A DNA stretch of 51,347 nt from UHGV virus genome UHGV-0208865. One strand, given 5' to 3'. This DNA comes from a virus. How positions within the stretch are numbered: position 1 is the first letter of the stretch; every line of letters begins with the position of its first letter. This document shows, piece after piece, positions 20,295 to 29,141 of the stretch. The notes beneath the pieces are model-generated. The model worked only from the letters and a program-made list of their open reading frames with translations, had not been told where the DNA came from and did not search any database. The translations under genes were made by a program, and so were the position numbers.

Positions 20295-20562
20295 TATCTT
20301 CCTCCATCCAGTTTTCGGTGATGACTGCATATCCGGTACCCATGAGCCTGTTTCGGCCTGTCGGTGAGAGGCCACCAAAAATACCAGAGCGGAACTTTTT
20401 ACCGTCGATTGGTGTTTCTTCAGCTATCAGACAGTCTTGAAGGCATTGTTCCTTGACAGGGCACTCATTACAAAAAGCCCTCACAACTGTTTCGTAGAGT
20501 GTCGGGTCGTAGAACCATTCGGTTGGTGCTCCACTACAGGGTGCCTGCTTGTAGTCTGTCAC
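20269..20562 (-). CDS. whiB: WhiB-family (Wbl) transcription factor
   Basis: 97 aa. Four Cys in a C-x21-C-x2-C-x5-C arrangement (CSGAP...CNECPVKEQCLQDC) and an acidic tail. Typical of actinophages. Confidence 0.7.
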   Translation of the reverse strand: MTDYKQAPCSGAPTEWFYDPTLYETVVRAFCNECPVKEQCLQDCLIAEETPIDGKKFRSGIFGGLSPTGRNRLMGTGYAVITENWMEEDNDDDSNSN

Positions 20563-22616
20563 ACTTCCTCCCAGTTGTTGCCGACTTCTGCTTCAGCGGC
20601 AAACGGTAAGCGGTTAAAAACCAGTGTCGCTGCCTTAGCCATTTCGCGCTCCATCATCTTCGAGCACTCTTCGATGGTTTCTTCCGGGCACTCAACGTAG
20701 GTAGCGTCATGTACGAGGCCAATCAGCTTAGCCCCGTACTGCCCTGCTTGCTCGTTGATCTTGATTGCCGCGTTGAGGCAGATGTCGTTAGCAGTTGACT
20801 GCGGAACAAAGGCGAGTGCTTCATTCTGTGTCGAACTGTAGTTGTTGTCCGACACAAACAGCGGATTGAACGTGAGGCCGAACTTGGTTTTACGTTCGTT
20901 GTCTTCTTCCCTACGTCCAACACTGTGTCGTACTCGTGTCTGCCAGTCTCGAAGTCCTGGGTAGGCACCAAGGTATTGATCAACAACATGCTGTGCAGCT
21001 TCGATTGGCTGTTCGAGTGCTGTCGCAATAGCAGCCACACCACGACCGTAGTTCAAGCCGTACACCACACTCTTGACCAGTGCGCGCCTGTTCTTAGCAG
21101 TCTTTGTGTGTTCGTGCTTGAACGCCTCATATGCTTCGATTGTTGGGAACTCTTCAGGCCAGATTTTCGTCATCAGGTCATCGAAGAAGTCCGGCGCACC
21201 CGGCTGGAAGGCAGCAATCATGGCCTTGTCGTCGGCAAGCTCAGCGACAGTACGTAGCTCAGCCTGAGAGTAGTCACACGAGATGATCTTGCAACCCGAC
21301 GCAGCGACAAGGGCGCGCTTAATGCCACTGTCGCGTCCCATCGTCTGAATCGCTGGCCCCTTAGCCGACAGGCGACCCGTCTTCGCACCGTGAGGCAGGT
21401 AGTAGGGATGGATACGCCCATCCTCACCGACCTTACGTCGCACGTTGGCAATGAAGCTGCCAATCACCTTAGCTGCGTAGCGGTAGGCAAGCAGAGCGTC
21501 GATAAACTCCACTTCCTTACCTTCACGCTTCAGCTTCTTCAGGTGGTCCGAGTCGAACGAGGGAGATGACACGCCCTTGGACGTGAAGTAGTCCTTGATC
21601 TGCTTAGGGGACTGTGGGTTGAAGTCCTCGCCCGCGTGCTCACGCAGTGTCACAAGGTTCTCGTCACACTGACGCTTGTACTTTTCTTCCAGCTCATCGA
21701 GTGCTTCGAGCGACACGGCCACACCGTTCATCTGCACGTCGTTCAGAACCTTCGTGACCTGCATACGGTAGCGATAGTAGTCGTACTTTCCGCTGTTTTT
21801 AAGCATGGGAAGGAAGTACTCGTACAGCTTGAAGGTCCACACCACGTCTGCCAAGTTGTACTCGTAGAGCTTTTCCCTGGGAATGTTCTCGAAGTACGCC
21901 CCACCCTTCAGGTAAGACTTAGCATCCGAGTCCCAGTCTTCAGCGCGCAACCAGCGACGGGCAAGCGGCTTCAGGCCATGCTCACCTGCCAGGTTGTCGA
22001 GCACGAAGTGCATGAGCAGCGTGTCCTCATGATGGTACACACGGATACCCAGGCGCTTCGACAGGTAGGGCATATCGAACGTGCCGTTGTGACAGATGAC
22101 AGTGCAGGTTTCGCACAGTCGCTTGATAAGGTCTGCTGCCTTGTCGGTCTCGGCAAGCTCTTCAGGGATGACGACACCAAACTTGCCGTTCCATAGTGCA
22201 ATTGACAGGATACGGCCAGCAGCAAAGGTATCTTCGTCAATGTCGCCTGCGGACTCAATATCGAGAGCAATCACCGTACCTGGCTTGAAGGTGATGTCTT
22301 GGCCCTCCCAGATAACCCAATCCTTACCTTGCTTCAGACCAAGCTGCTCCGCACCGAGGTAGGCGTACTGCAACGCCTGAGCGAGGAACAGACCAGCCTG
22401 CGGATTAGTGACGATCTGCTTAGGTGAGAGTGTCTTGTACGCCTTGCCCTTGTAACCCTTGACTGTGCCGAGTGTGATCTTGATGTCATCATCGTTCACA
22501 TCGTCAGTGATTTCGACGTGCGCGTCCTCTGAAAGGCCGGATACCACTAGTGCCCGCCTCAGAAGAATTTGTGCAAGAACAGGCAGCTTGTCACAGTCTT
22601 CAGTCAGAATCTTCAT
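20559..22616 (-). CDS. Family A DNA polymerase (PolA-like, with 3'-5' exonuclease domain)
   Basis: 685 aa. Motif A SCDYSQAELR, motif B RRALVKSVVYGLNYG, motif C LVHDATYVE. Exo-like N-terminus. Confidence 0.85.
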   Translation of the reverse strand: MKILTEDCDKLPVLAQILLRRALVVSGLSEDAHVEITDDVNDDDIKITLGTVKGYKGKAYKTLSPKQIVTNPQAGLFLAQALQYAYLGAEQLGLKQGKDWVIWEGQDITFKPGTVIALDIESAGDIDEDTFAAGRILSIALWNGKFGVVIPEELAETDKAADLIKRLCETCTVICHNGTFDMPYLSKRLGIRVYHHEDTLLMHFVLDNLAGEHGLKPLARRWLRAEDWDSDAKSYLKGGAYFENIPREKLYEYNLADVVWTFKLYEYFLPMLKNSGKYDYYRYRMQVTKVLNDVQMNGVAVSLEALDELEEKYKRQCDENLVTLREHAGEDFNPQSPKQIKDYFTSKGVSSPSFDSDHLKKLKREGKEVEFIDALLAYRYAAKVIGSFIANVRRKVGEDGRIHPYYLPHGAKTGRLSAKGPAIQTMGRDSGIKRALVAASGCKIISCDYSQAELRTVAELADDKAMIAAFQPGAPDFFDDLMTKIWPEEFPTIEAYEAFKHEHTKTAKNRRALVKSVVYGLNYGRGVAAIATALEQPIEAAQHVVDQYLGAYPGLRDWQTRVRHSVGRREEDNERKTKFGLTFNPLFVSDNNYSSTQNEALAFVPQSTANDICLNAAIKINEQAGQYGAKLIGLVHDATYVECPEETIEECSKMMEREMAKAATLVFNRLPFAAEAEVGNNWEEV

Positions 22617-24928
22617 ACTTGCCCTCCCGAGTACTTAATGAATCGTTCGTTATTTGTCTTGCCCTTCACGACTTCTTGGATTACTCCACGTGCCTGGGCG
22701 TATGTGATGATTTCCTTCAGTTCACGCATACCGCTGATTTCAGACTGGAACTTCAACATGAGTTTCGGAATCGAAACCATACCATTGTCGGTGCGTGCAA
22801 CGAAGTTGATGAGCTTATCAACCTTGTTACTGAAATTAGAGTTCTTCACGTGATGAATGAACACTTCGTTAGAAGACAGCCAGATAGAGGCGAGCGAGAT
22901 AGCCTTCAGCATTTCCCGCATTGATACCACGACCGTACCCTTGGTCGTCGGCCCGTTATACATGGCAAGCAGAGCCGCGATACGGAGCACCGAGAACGTC
23001 ATACGCTCAGTGCCAGGGAACAGTTCACGACTGTTCAGCATGTGCCGCTCAGCAAGCACCTTAGCCTCTTCCGAAAATTCAATCCAGCGCTCGAACACGC
23101 CCGGCTCAAACTCGATAGGGATACGGACTTCCTCATTCTCCATGCGTTGCGCACGACGAGCATTGAAAGCCACGTCGAACTTGGTCACAGACTTGATAAG
23201 GTTCGACACCATGAAGTCACGCTGCTTGTCTTCAACCTTACCTGTCGATGCGCTCACGGTCACGAGCTTCACATCCTGAGAGGACGTGATGTACTTATCC
23301 CTGTCGTCAATAACAACAAGGCAACGGGGCGTAAAGCCGGACTCGACCTTTTCTGTCGTCAGATGCTTTGCGGCCTGGTCAAGAATACCTGTCCCGTAGA
23401 ACGTCATGTAATACGGGGTCGCAGTCTGGTACGCAACCTTGCCTCCCTTGTCCTTACGTGCGACAGCCGGAATGTAGCCGTCGTAGCTCTTGGTAAGGAA
23501 CGGCATCATTGATGCCATGTAGCTACCCTTTTGGGCAGCATGTGCGAAAAAGTCTTGCACCTCGTCAATAGCAAAGAGACCACTCTCTTTCGGCTTGGTG
23601 CGCAGATACGCGGACAATGCCTCGCCTGTCGAATCTTCAGGCGCAATGAAAGCATCCGGCCCCTTGCCGATACCCACCGCAATGTCGCGCATCATGGACT
23701 CTGCCAGGCGCAAAGACGTTGACTTACGAGACTGGGTAGTACGTCCCAGAACCAGGAAGTATAGGTTCAACGGCATCTTTTGTACGTTCGTAGGGAGGAA
23801 CGCATACTTAGCGAACATGCTTGAGAGGATAGCGAGAGCGCCCGCGTAGTGGAACTGCTTGGGGGCCATTGCAGACTTGGTTGATGCCCATGCCGCGAAC
23901 TGATCGACAAACAGGCCCATCGGTTCTTCCTCGTCCCCGTGTAGGAAGTCAACATCCTGCAACGACAGCTCACGCGATTCACTCAGCAGGTAGGACGAGC
24001 CGATACGGGTTGTCGCTTCGAGATCGGTTTCCGTGGGGCCATCGTGCTCAGACTTCCAACGTGCATAGTCACGATTGATCTGCTTCCAGAGGTAGCCGTC
24101 GCCACGTCCGTCTGCCTCAAACTTGTTGAACTCAGTGGCGCGCACAACGGCAAATGCTTCAACAATTGAACAACCCTCTTCCCAGAGGGCGCACTGAAGA
24201 TGGTACATCTTCGAGCTGCGGTCTTCGTCATCGTTGAAGGTGTCATCCGTAGCCAGGTCCGTGATGTAGCTGCGGTTCACCATGCCCAACACCTCAAACA
24301 TGGAGGGGATGTCGGTGGGGAAGTCTTCTTCCTCAATGCCCATGCGTTCGACAGGCGGGTACTCTGCTGCGAACTCAGCGGCGGTGATCGCCTCGTCGTT
24401 GACTGTGAGCGTGATCTCCCAGGGCTTGACGCGCTTGCAGTTATGAGTGAAAGGGACACGGAGCTTCTTCGACAGGGGCCAGCCTCGGTCCATGCCGTCG
24501 TTCTTGTGGTGCTCGTAGAGTCCTCGTGAAAGGGCTTCGAGCATGTCGTTAGAGAGGTCGGCTGCGTCTTCGAGCAGCCAGTATCCCTGCCAGTGCTTCT
24601 CGCTGGTCTGGACCTTGATCGTCGGCTGGATACGGAGCTTGTCGGTAGGGCAGTCGTCGCCGTCTGACCAGACGCACGCGGCCTTGATGACGTTATCCTT
24701 GGCTGCGTGCCTCGTGTTCGACAGGGCCGGGGGCTTGGTGTAGAGAAAGGGGCTGTAGTACACGTCCAGATCAGCGTTAGCCTCGGCGTATGCCACCATT
24801 TTATCGAGCTGCGCTGGCAGCTCAAACCACCGGAAGTTAGTCAGACCGCCCATCGGACCCTTGAGGATGATGGGGGTCCAGCCTTCACCGTCTGGGAGGA
24901 CTGCTTGGAAGAACTCTTTAAGGTTCAT
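22613..24928 (-). CDS. Primase-polymerase / helicase-like replication protein
   Basis: 771 aa from ATG 24928 (RBS GAAAGGAGAGCA). Central P-loop-like GRTTQSRKST and Walker B-like LFAIDEVQ. Large N-terminal domain. Confidence 0.45.
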   Translation of the reverse strand: MNLKEFFQAVLPDGEGWTPIILKGPMGGLTNFRWFELPAQLDKMVAYAEANADLDVYYSPFLYTKPPALSNTRHAAKDNVIKAACVWSDGDDCPTDKLRIQPTIKVQTSEKHWQGYWLLEDAADLSNDMLEALSRGLYEHHKNDGMDRGWPLSKKLRVPFTHNCKRVKPWEITLTVNDEAITAAEFAAEYPPVERMGIEEEDFPTDIPSMFEVLGMVNRSYITDLATDDTFNDDEDRSSKMYHLQCALWEEGCSIVEAFAVVRATEFNKFEADGRGDGYLWKQINRDYARWKSEHDGPTETDLEATTRIGSSYLLSESRELSLQDVDFLHGDEEEPMGLFVDQFAAWASTKSAMAPKQFHYAGALAILSSMFAKYAFLPTNVQKMPLNLYFLVLGRTTQSRKSTSLRLAESMMRDIAVGIGKGPDAFIAPEDSTGEALSAYLRTKPKESGLFAIDEVQDFFAHAAQKGSYMASMMPFLTKSYDGYIPAVARKDKGGKVAYQTATPYYMTFYGTGILDQAAKHLTTEKVESGFTPRCLVVIDDRDKYITSSQDVKLVTVSASTGKVEDKQRDFMVSNLIKSVTKFDVAFNARRAQRMENEEVRIPIEFEPGVFERWIEFSEEAKVLAERHMLNSRELFPGTERMTFSVLRIAALLAMYNGPTTKGTVVVSMREMLKAISLASIWLSSNEVFIHHVKNSNFSNKVDKLINFVARTDNGMVSIPKLMLKFQSEISGMRELKEIITYAQARGVIQEVVKGKTNNERFIKYSGGQV

Positions 24929-24956
24929 TGCTCTCCTTTCTGCTTGTATATAGTAC

Positions 24957-24993
24957 GGCGGGCCGTACCCTGGTGTCAAGATACGGCCCGCCG
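24957..24993. other. Perfect 12-bp inverted repeat hairpin between the primase gene and the upstream gene
   Basis: CGGCGGGCCGTA-ccctggtgtcaaga-TACGGCCCGCCG. Confidence 0.45.
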
Positions 24994-25000
24994 AAAAAGA

Positions 25001-25465
25001 TCAGAGTTCGATCCGGGTGGCCTTAGACTTCTTCTTGGTCTTGGCCTCGTCCCACTCAACCTTCTTGATGTTGTTGTTCTTGCGCATCTCACCGTTGTAC
25101 TCGCGTTCCTCAATCGCAACGGTGATCGTCGCAGTCTTGCCAACCAGGTCAAGTGCGACCTGGTTGAAGTACGCCTCGTTACGCTTGGTCGGCTCGTCGG
25201 GCCAGGCGTTACCGGATGCCTCGCAGAACTTGGGCAAGTCCCAATGGAGACCCTTCTTAGTGACCAGGACCAGCCAGTAACGAACCTGTCGGGATGCGTG
25301 GTCGCCCTCGGTGACAACGAAGTCCACCGTGTACATAGGCTTGCCAGCCTTGGACTCGCCCAGCTCACAGGCATCGACAGTCACCTTGTACTGACCCTCG
25401 GGCAGTGGCTCAAAGCTAAGGGACTCGGCAACTTCCAGGTTCATAAGTTCGTCAAAGTTAATCAT
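25001..25465 (-). CDS. Hypothetical protein, a DUF669-like ssDNA-binding candidate (by position next to Sak4)
   Basis: 154 aa with a Lys-rich C-terminus. The gene order nuclease-Sak4-X is typical of phage recombination modules. Confidence 0.3.
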   Translation of the reverse strand: MINFDELMNLEVAESLSFEPLPEGQYKVTVDACELGESKAGKPMYTVDFVVTEGDHASRQVRYWLVLVTKKGLHWDLPKFCEASGNAWPDEPTKRNEAYFNQVALDLVGKTATITVAIEEREYNGEMRKNNNIKKVEWDEAKTKKKSKATRIEL

Positions 25466-25467
25466 GG

Positions 25468-25659
25468 TCAGTTCTCCTTCTTGTCAGTGTTGTAATCTTC
25501 GATGGTTTCAGGTAGCCACCCGAGGGCGGCAGTTCGCTTGTAAGTAACGATTGCGTCGGGTTGTGGGAACTTCCCGGTGTTGATGCGGTACAGGATGGTC
25601 GTTCGACCAACTCCCGTGCGCTCAGACGCATCATTAATAGAGAGGTACCTAGTCGTCAT
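25468..25659 (-). CDS. Small helix-turn-helix DNA-binding protein (AlpA/excisionase-like)
   Basis: 63 aa. SINDASERTGVGRTTILYRINTGKFP HTH-like. Confidence 0.4.
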   Translation of the reverse strand: MTTRYLSINDASERTGVGRTTILYRINTGKFPQPDAIVTYKRTAALGWLPETIEDYNTDKKEN

Positions 25660-26431
25660 TTTCTTCCTTTACTTCCTGTGTTTCACAATGCTCATGGACC
25701 CAACCCATGATCTTCTCCATTGTCGTGTTTCCAGACATGGACGGCATCGGGTCGAATCGCGTCTTTGCCAGTACTTCAGACGAAGACCGGACAGTCATGA
25801 CTGTGACCAGCTCTTCATTGTCATCGTCTCCAACATCCTCCCACGTCATGCGGGCGATAATATCGAAGATTCCGGGTAGCTTCTTGAAGCTCTGCTTGCC
25901 CTCAAATGATGGTCCGATAAGCGACAGCCGGGACACATCGTTCACTTCACGTGCTTCGTGCGTGATGCAGATGATGTTCAGTCCGAGGTCAAAGCTGATC
26001 TTGTTGACAAGATCAATGATCTTCTCGTAAGTAGCGTCCCACATGGCAAAGCTGTCATTGGGTTTCGTGGCCTTGAAGTGGAACTTGATAAGTTCCTGCA
26101 AGCGGTCAACCGTGTCGATGACGATAGTCTTGAACGGCATGTCCTTCTTCTTGCTAATCTCGACAAGGAGTTCAGCAAACTTCTGGTAGGTCGCTGGCTG
26201 AACGACAAGCATGTTGTCCAGGTCGCCGTACTTGGCAGCCGGTGCGGTACCGCGCTCCAAGTCGATGTAAAGGACCGGCCCCAGCTCTTCAACCTTTGAG
26301 GCCGAAACTGCGAGCGAAGTCTTCCCGGTTCCCGACATGCCGTAGATCAGCATCTTGATCTTAGGGGTGGTGATACGGGGGTCAGACACTTCGATATCGA
26401 TTCCCTTGAGGAACGAGTCGAACTTTCCCAT
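25649..26431 (-). CDS. Sak4-like RecA-family ATPase (single-strand annealing/recombination)
   Basis: 260 aa RecA core only. Walker A GMSGTGKTS, Walker B IVIDTVD. Confidence 0.6.
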   Translation of the reverse strand: MGKFDSFLKGIDIEVSDPRITTPKIKMLIYGMSGTGKTSLAVSASKVEELGPVLYIDLERGTAPAAKYGDLDNMLVVQPATYQKFAELLVEISKKKDMPFKTIVIDTVDRLQELIKFHFKATKPNDSFAMWDATYEKIIDLVNKISFDLGLNIICITHEAREVNDVSRLSLIGPSFEGKQSFKKLPGIFDIIARMTWEDVGDDDNEELVTVMTVRSSSEVLAKTRFDPMPSMSGNTTMEKIMGWVHEHCETQEVKEENDD

Positions 26432-26446
26432 GTTTCTCCTTTCTTT

Positions 26447-27151
26447 TTAGCGCTTGAAAGCGCAGAAATAACAGCCGGAATGGCTGTCGAGTTCTCCCAG
26501 GTTGTCCGGGTTGTTGGTGGCCCACTTGAAAATCTCGTTGGCACGTTCCAGGACAGCCAGGGCGGCTTCTCGGTTGTACTTGAAGCACAACTCATGAGTT
26601 GCCGTTGTGACAGATTCTATTGTAGCATCCCTGGGAAACAAAATCAGGGATGTGTGATTTACCTCATAGCCAGCGTTCTCCATACCCAGACCATACAACT
26701 GCATCTGGTAATAGTACTTTTTAATCTGGCCTTCGATCATCGAGTCCGAATAGAACTCAGGGTTGCGGTCCTCATCGAAGAACGTTGCAGACGAGAAAGC
26801 CTTGATCTTCTTCTTCGACAAGACCTTGTAATCAACAACATGTCCGCTCCTAAGATCAAACCCGTCAGCAGTCCCACGAATCCCCCCATACCCTTCAATC
26901 TCGCCAACTGTTACCTTTGTTTCCTTCAGGTACCCTTCAAGGCCAATCGTGTTCTCTAAGTACAGGTGGAAGGCCGTACCAATCATCGGGGCCAGAGGAT
27001 ACGTCTTTTCCTCCTGGTGGACTCCCAGCAGCTTTTCTGCCAAGCAACGCTCACACATGTCTCCCAGTTCAGACGGGCCAACCTTACGTTGCTTGTCACG
27101 CTCAGAAGGCTTAGTCAGCTCCCGGATAATGTTGTCGTAGATTTCACTCAT
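26447..27151 (-). CDS. PD-(D/E)XK nuclease, Cas4/RecB-like with an Fe-S cysteine set
   Basis: 234 aa. N-terminal CERC, C-terminal C-x-C-YFC Cys cluster. Motifs GTADGFD, VVDYK, QMQLY. Confidence 0.55.
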   Translation of the reverse strand: MSEIYDNIIRELTKPSERDKQRKVGPSELGDMCERCLAEKLLGVHQEEKTYPLAPMIGTAFHLYLENTIGLEGYLKETKVTVGEIEGYGGIRGTADGFDLRSGHVVDYKVLSKKKIKAFSSATFFDEDRNPEFYSDSMIEGQIKKYYYQMQLYGLGMENAGYEVNHTSLILFPRDATIESVTTATHELCFKYNREAALAVLERANEIFKWATNNPDNLGELDSHSGCYFCAFKR

Positions 27152-27440
27152 TCTTCGTCCACTCCTTGTATTGCTCTTCCTTCATGACATGAAGGTTCCA
27201 CGCATAGTAGTGAAGGTCATCTAGTGGCGACTCGATGAGTACCAAAAAGTCGCCTTCCTCAATGATCTTCCACATCTCACGTGTCCCGAAGAGCGGGATA
27301 CACGAAGTGCGGCGCATGATCTTATTCGAGCCAGAATTAACCTCCCATCGTGTCTTACTAATCTTGTCCCGCTCAATGTCGGTAAACATAAAATTGGGTG
27401 GAACCTGAAGGACCAGCTTATTCTTTCCCACGATGAACAC
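27144..27440 (-). CDS. Hypothetical protein (start uncertain)
   Basis: ORF track. Confidence 0.3.
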   Translation of the reverse strand: MFIVGKNKLVLQVPPNFMFTDIERDKISKTRWEVNSGSNKIMRRTSCIPLFGTREMWKIIEEGDFLVLIESPLDDLHYYAWNLHVMKEEQYKEWTKNE

Positions 27441-27825
27441 CCTTCGACAGGCCGCTCAGGAGGGCAGTCGCCTCGCTCGAATTACGGTAGTCACCCAGAT
27501 AGACGACCTCCACGATCTCAGGGCAAGTCGAGATAAGGTGAGCACAACCCTGGCATGGGTAGTGAGTCACGTAAAGCGTGTACTCGCTCCCGTGTTCTGT
27601 CATCTTCCTAATCGCGTTACGTTCCGCGTGAACAGTGTTCACACAGTGGTTGTCCACAATCCGGTGCCCGCCCGTGTCGCACGGCTCAAGGCCGTGCGGT
27701 GTCTCGTTGAACGCGCTCGACACCACCTGACCTGTCGCACGATCAACGATCACGCAACCCACATGGGCACGGTCGCACCGTGACTTAGCGGCCTCATCCC
27801 GCGCTGCCTTGATGTACTCTCTCAT
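27418..27825 (-). CDS. dCMP (deoxycytidylate) deaminase
   Basis: Zinc-binding motifs HAERNAI and PCQGCA. Confidence 0.75.
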   Translation of the reverse strand: MREYIKAARDEAAKSRCDRAHVGCVIVDRATGQVVSSAFNETPHGLEPCDTGGHRIVDNHCVNTVHAERNAIRKMTEHGSEYTLYVTHYPCQGCAHLISTCPEIVEVVYLGDYRNSSEATALLSGLSKGVHRGKE

Positions 27826-28505
27826 CGAGAAAGAATCTCCCGCTGTTCATCAGTCAGATTATTAGCCCACAGCAGCACCTTACGGGCAAAGTCCGACAGA
27901 CCACCGTTATCATTCAGCAGTCCCGGAATAGCCTTCTTACGGTAGTCACTGAAGGCGAAACGATCACCGTCCACGTACCGCAGCAGACGACACAGGACAG
28001 AGTTGCGGCTCACAACATAGTTACCGTCCGCGTCTTCCACAAGACCCAGGAGAACTGTACCGTTCAGACGGTCAATGTAGTAGTGGTGCTCACCAATCGA
28101 GAGATCGTCCCGGTCAAAACCACACTCACCTGCAACAGGGTCAGTCCACATGATCGACAGGTCTAGTGGGCGCGCGGCCTGAATGTCGATCTGTGCCGAG
28201 GTCATCTCCCGCGCATTGCACTTCAGGTCATCGACGGAAGGCACGATAAACACATGGTTGTCGAACGGGTCAATGACAGCCATCTCATCTTTAGCGGACC
28301 ACCACTGAGCGCACACGGTGCCCCTGTCGTTGAGCATGGCAAGCCGTCCGTTAGGCAGCGTGCCAGTACCCAGGACTGCGCCGCTAGGCGTAGTGACAAG
28401 CCCGTCTTCAATGTCAAGGTACTGTCGCTTGACGTATCGGGTGGGAAGATTCTCCCACCCAAAGCCCAACGGGGGTGCGTAAATGTCACGAATCGTTACG
28501 GGCAA
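27822..28505 (-). CDS. Hypothetical protein
   Basis: TTG start with RBS AAGGGAGAAG. Confidence 0.4.
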   Translation of the reverse strand: MPVTIRDIYAPPLGFGWENLPTRYVKRQYLDIEDGLVTTPSGAVLGTGTLPNGRLAMLNDRGTVCAQWWSAKDEMAVIDPFDNHVFIVPSVDDLKCNAREMTSAQIDIQAARPLDLSIMWTDPVAGECGFDRDDLSIGEHHYYIDRLNGTVLLGLVEDADGNYVVSRNSVLCRLLRYVDGDRFAFSDYRKKAIPGLLNDNGGLSDFARKVLLWANNLTDEQREILSR

Positions 28506-28893
28506 TGTCTTCTCCCTTTTCGTAGTAGTGGAACTCAACGATAGGAACATACTGTCGAGTTGGATAGTTAAACCTGTCAGTCACATAGTAGCCCACGAAG
28601 TCAAAACCAATCATCACGGTACGCGACGTGAATAAACGCTCTTCGCCCGTGCTTGGGTACCACAGGTGAATCTCCTGTTCGTCGGTAAACGACACACCAT
28701 TGGTGGTGCTTTCCTTTTCCGTACGCTCGTTCAGTGACACGTAAGTCTCCCATTTAGGGTTAAGCACGTGAATACACACAGTGCTCCCATCCGTGAAGCG
28801 GATATAGGCATCCTTGTCTTCAAGCCAGTGTTCTTCTACTGACTTCTTCAGGAGGTTGGCAACCGTCTTGTGGTTGAGCTGGATAATCTGCAT
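28486..28893 (-). CDS. Hypothetical protein
   Basis: ORF track. Confidence 0.4.
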   Translation of the reverse strand: MQIIQLNHKTVANLLKKSVEEHWLEDKDAYIRFTDGSTVCIHVLNPKWETYVSLNERTEKESTTNGVSFTDEQEIHLWYPSTGEERLFTSRTVMIGFDFVGYYVTDRFNYPTRQYVPIVEFHYYEKGEDIARNDS

Positions 28894-28896
28894 GGC

Positions 28897-29106
28897 TCAG
28901 AACCACTTACTTGCCTTGTGGACCATGACAGCTGCAACAATAAGTGCAATGACTGCCACAATAACCATTAGGGCAACGTATCCCACGAAAGCCCAGACAA
29001 CCCACATGAACGCAGCGGGGAACCAGATACCTGTTACGGCGAACAGGATACAGAAAATAAAGTAGACGGTCGAAGAAACATCAAAGTTACGGTTGTTGTC
29101 AGACAT
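28897..29106 (-). CDS. Small membrane protein (two TM)
   Basis: 69 aa hydrophobic. Confidence 0.4.
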   Translation of the reverse strand: MSDNNRNFDVSSTVYFIFCILFAVTGIWFPAAFMWVVWAFVGYVALMVIVAVIALIVAAVMVHKASKWF

Positions 29107-29141
29107 GGTATGTCTCCCTTCAGTTGGTTTGTTGTTTGTTT

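Noticed and set aside
22550-22924. Short + strand ORFs inside the PolA and primase genes (for example 21636-22196, 24707-25495)
   Set aside because: Embedded antisense ORFs in long, well-supported minus-strand genes. No independent signals.
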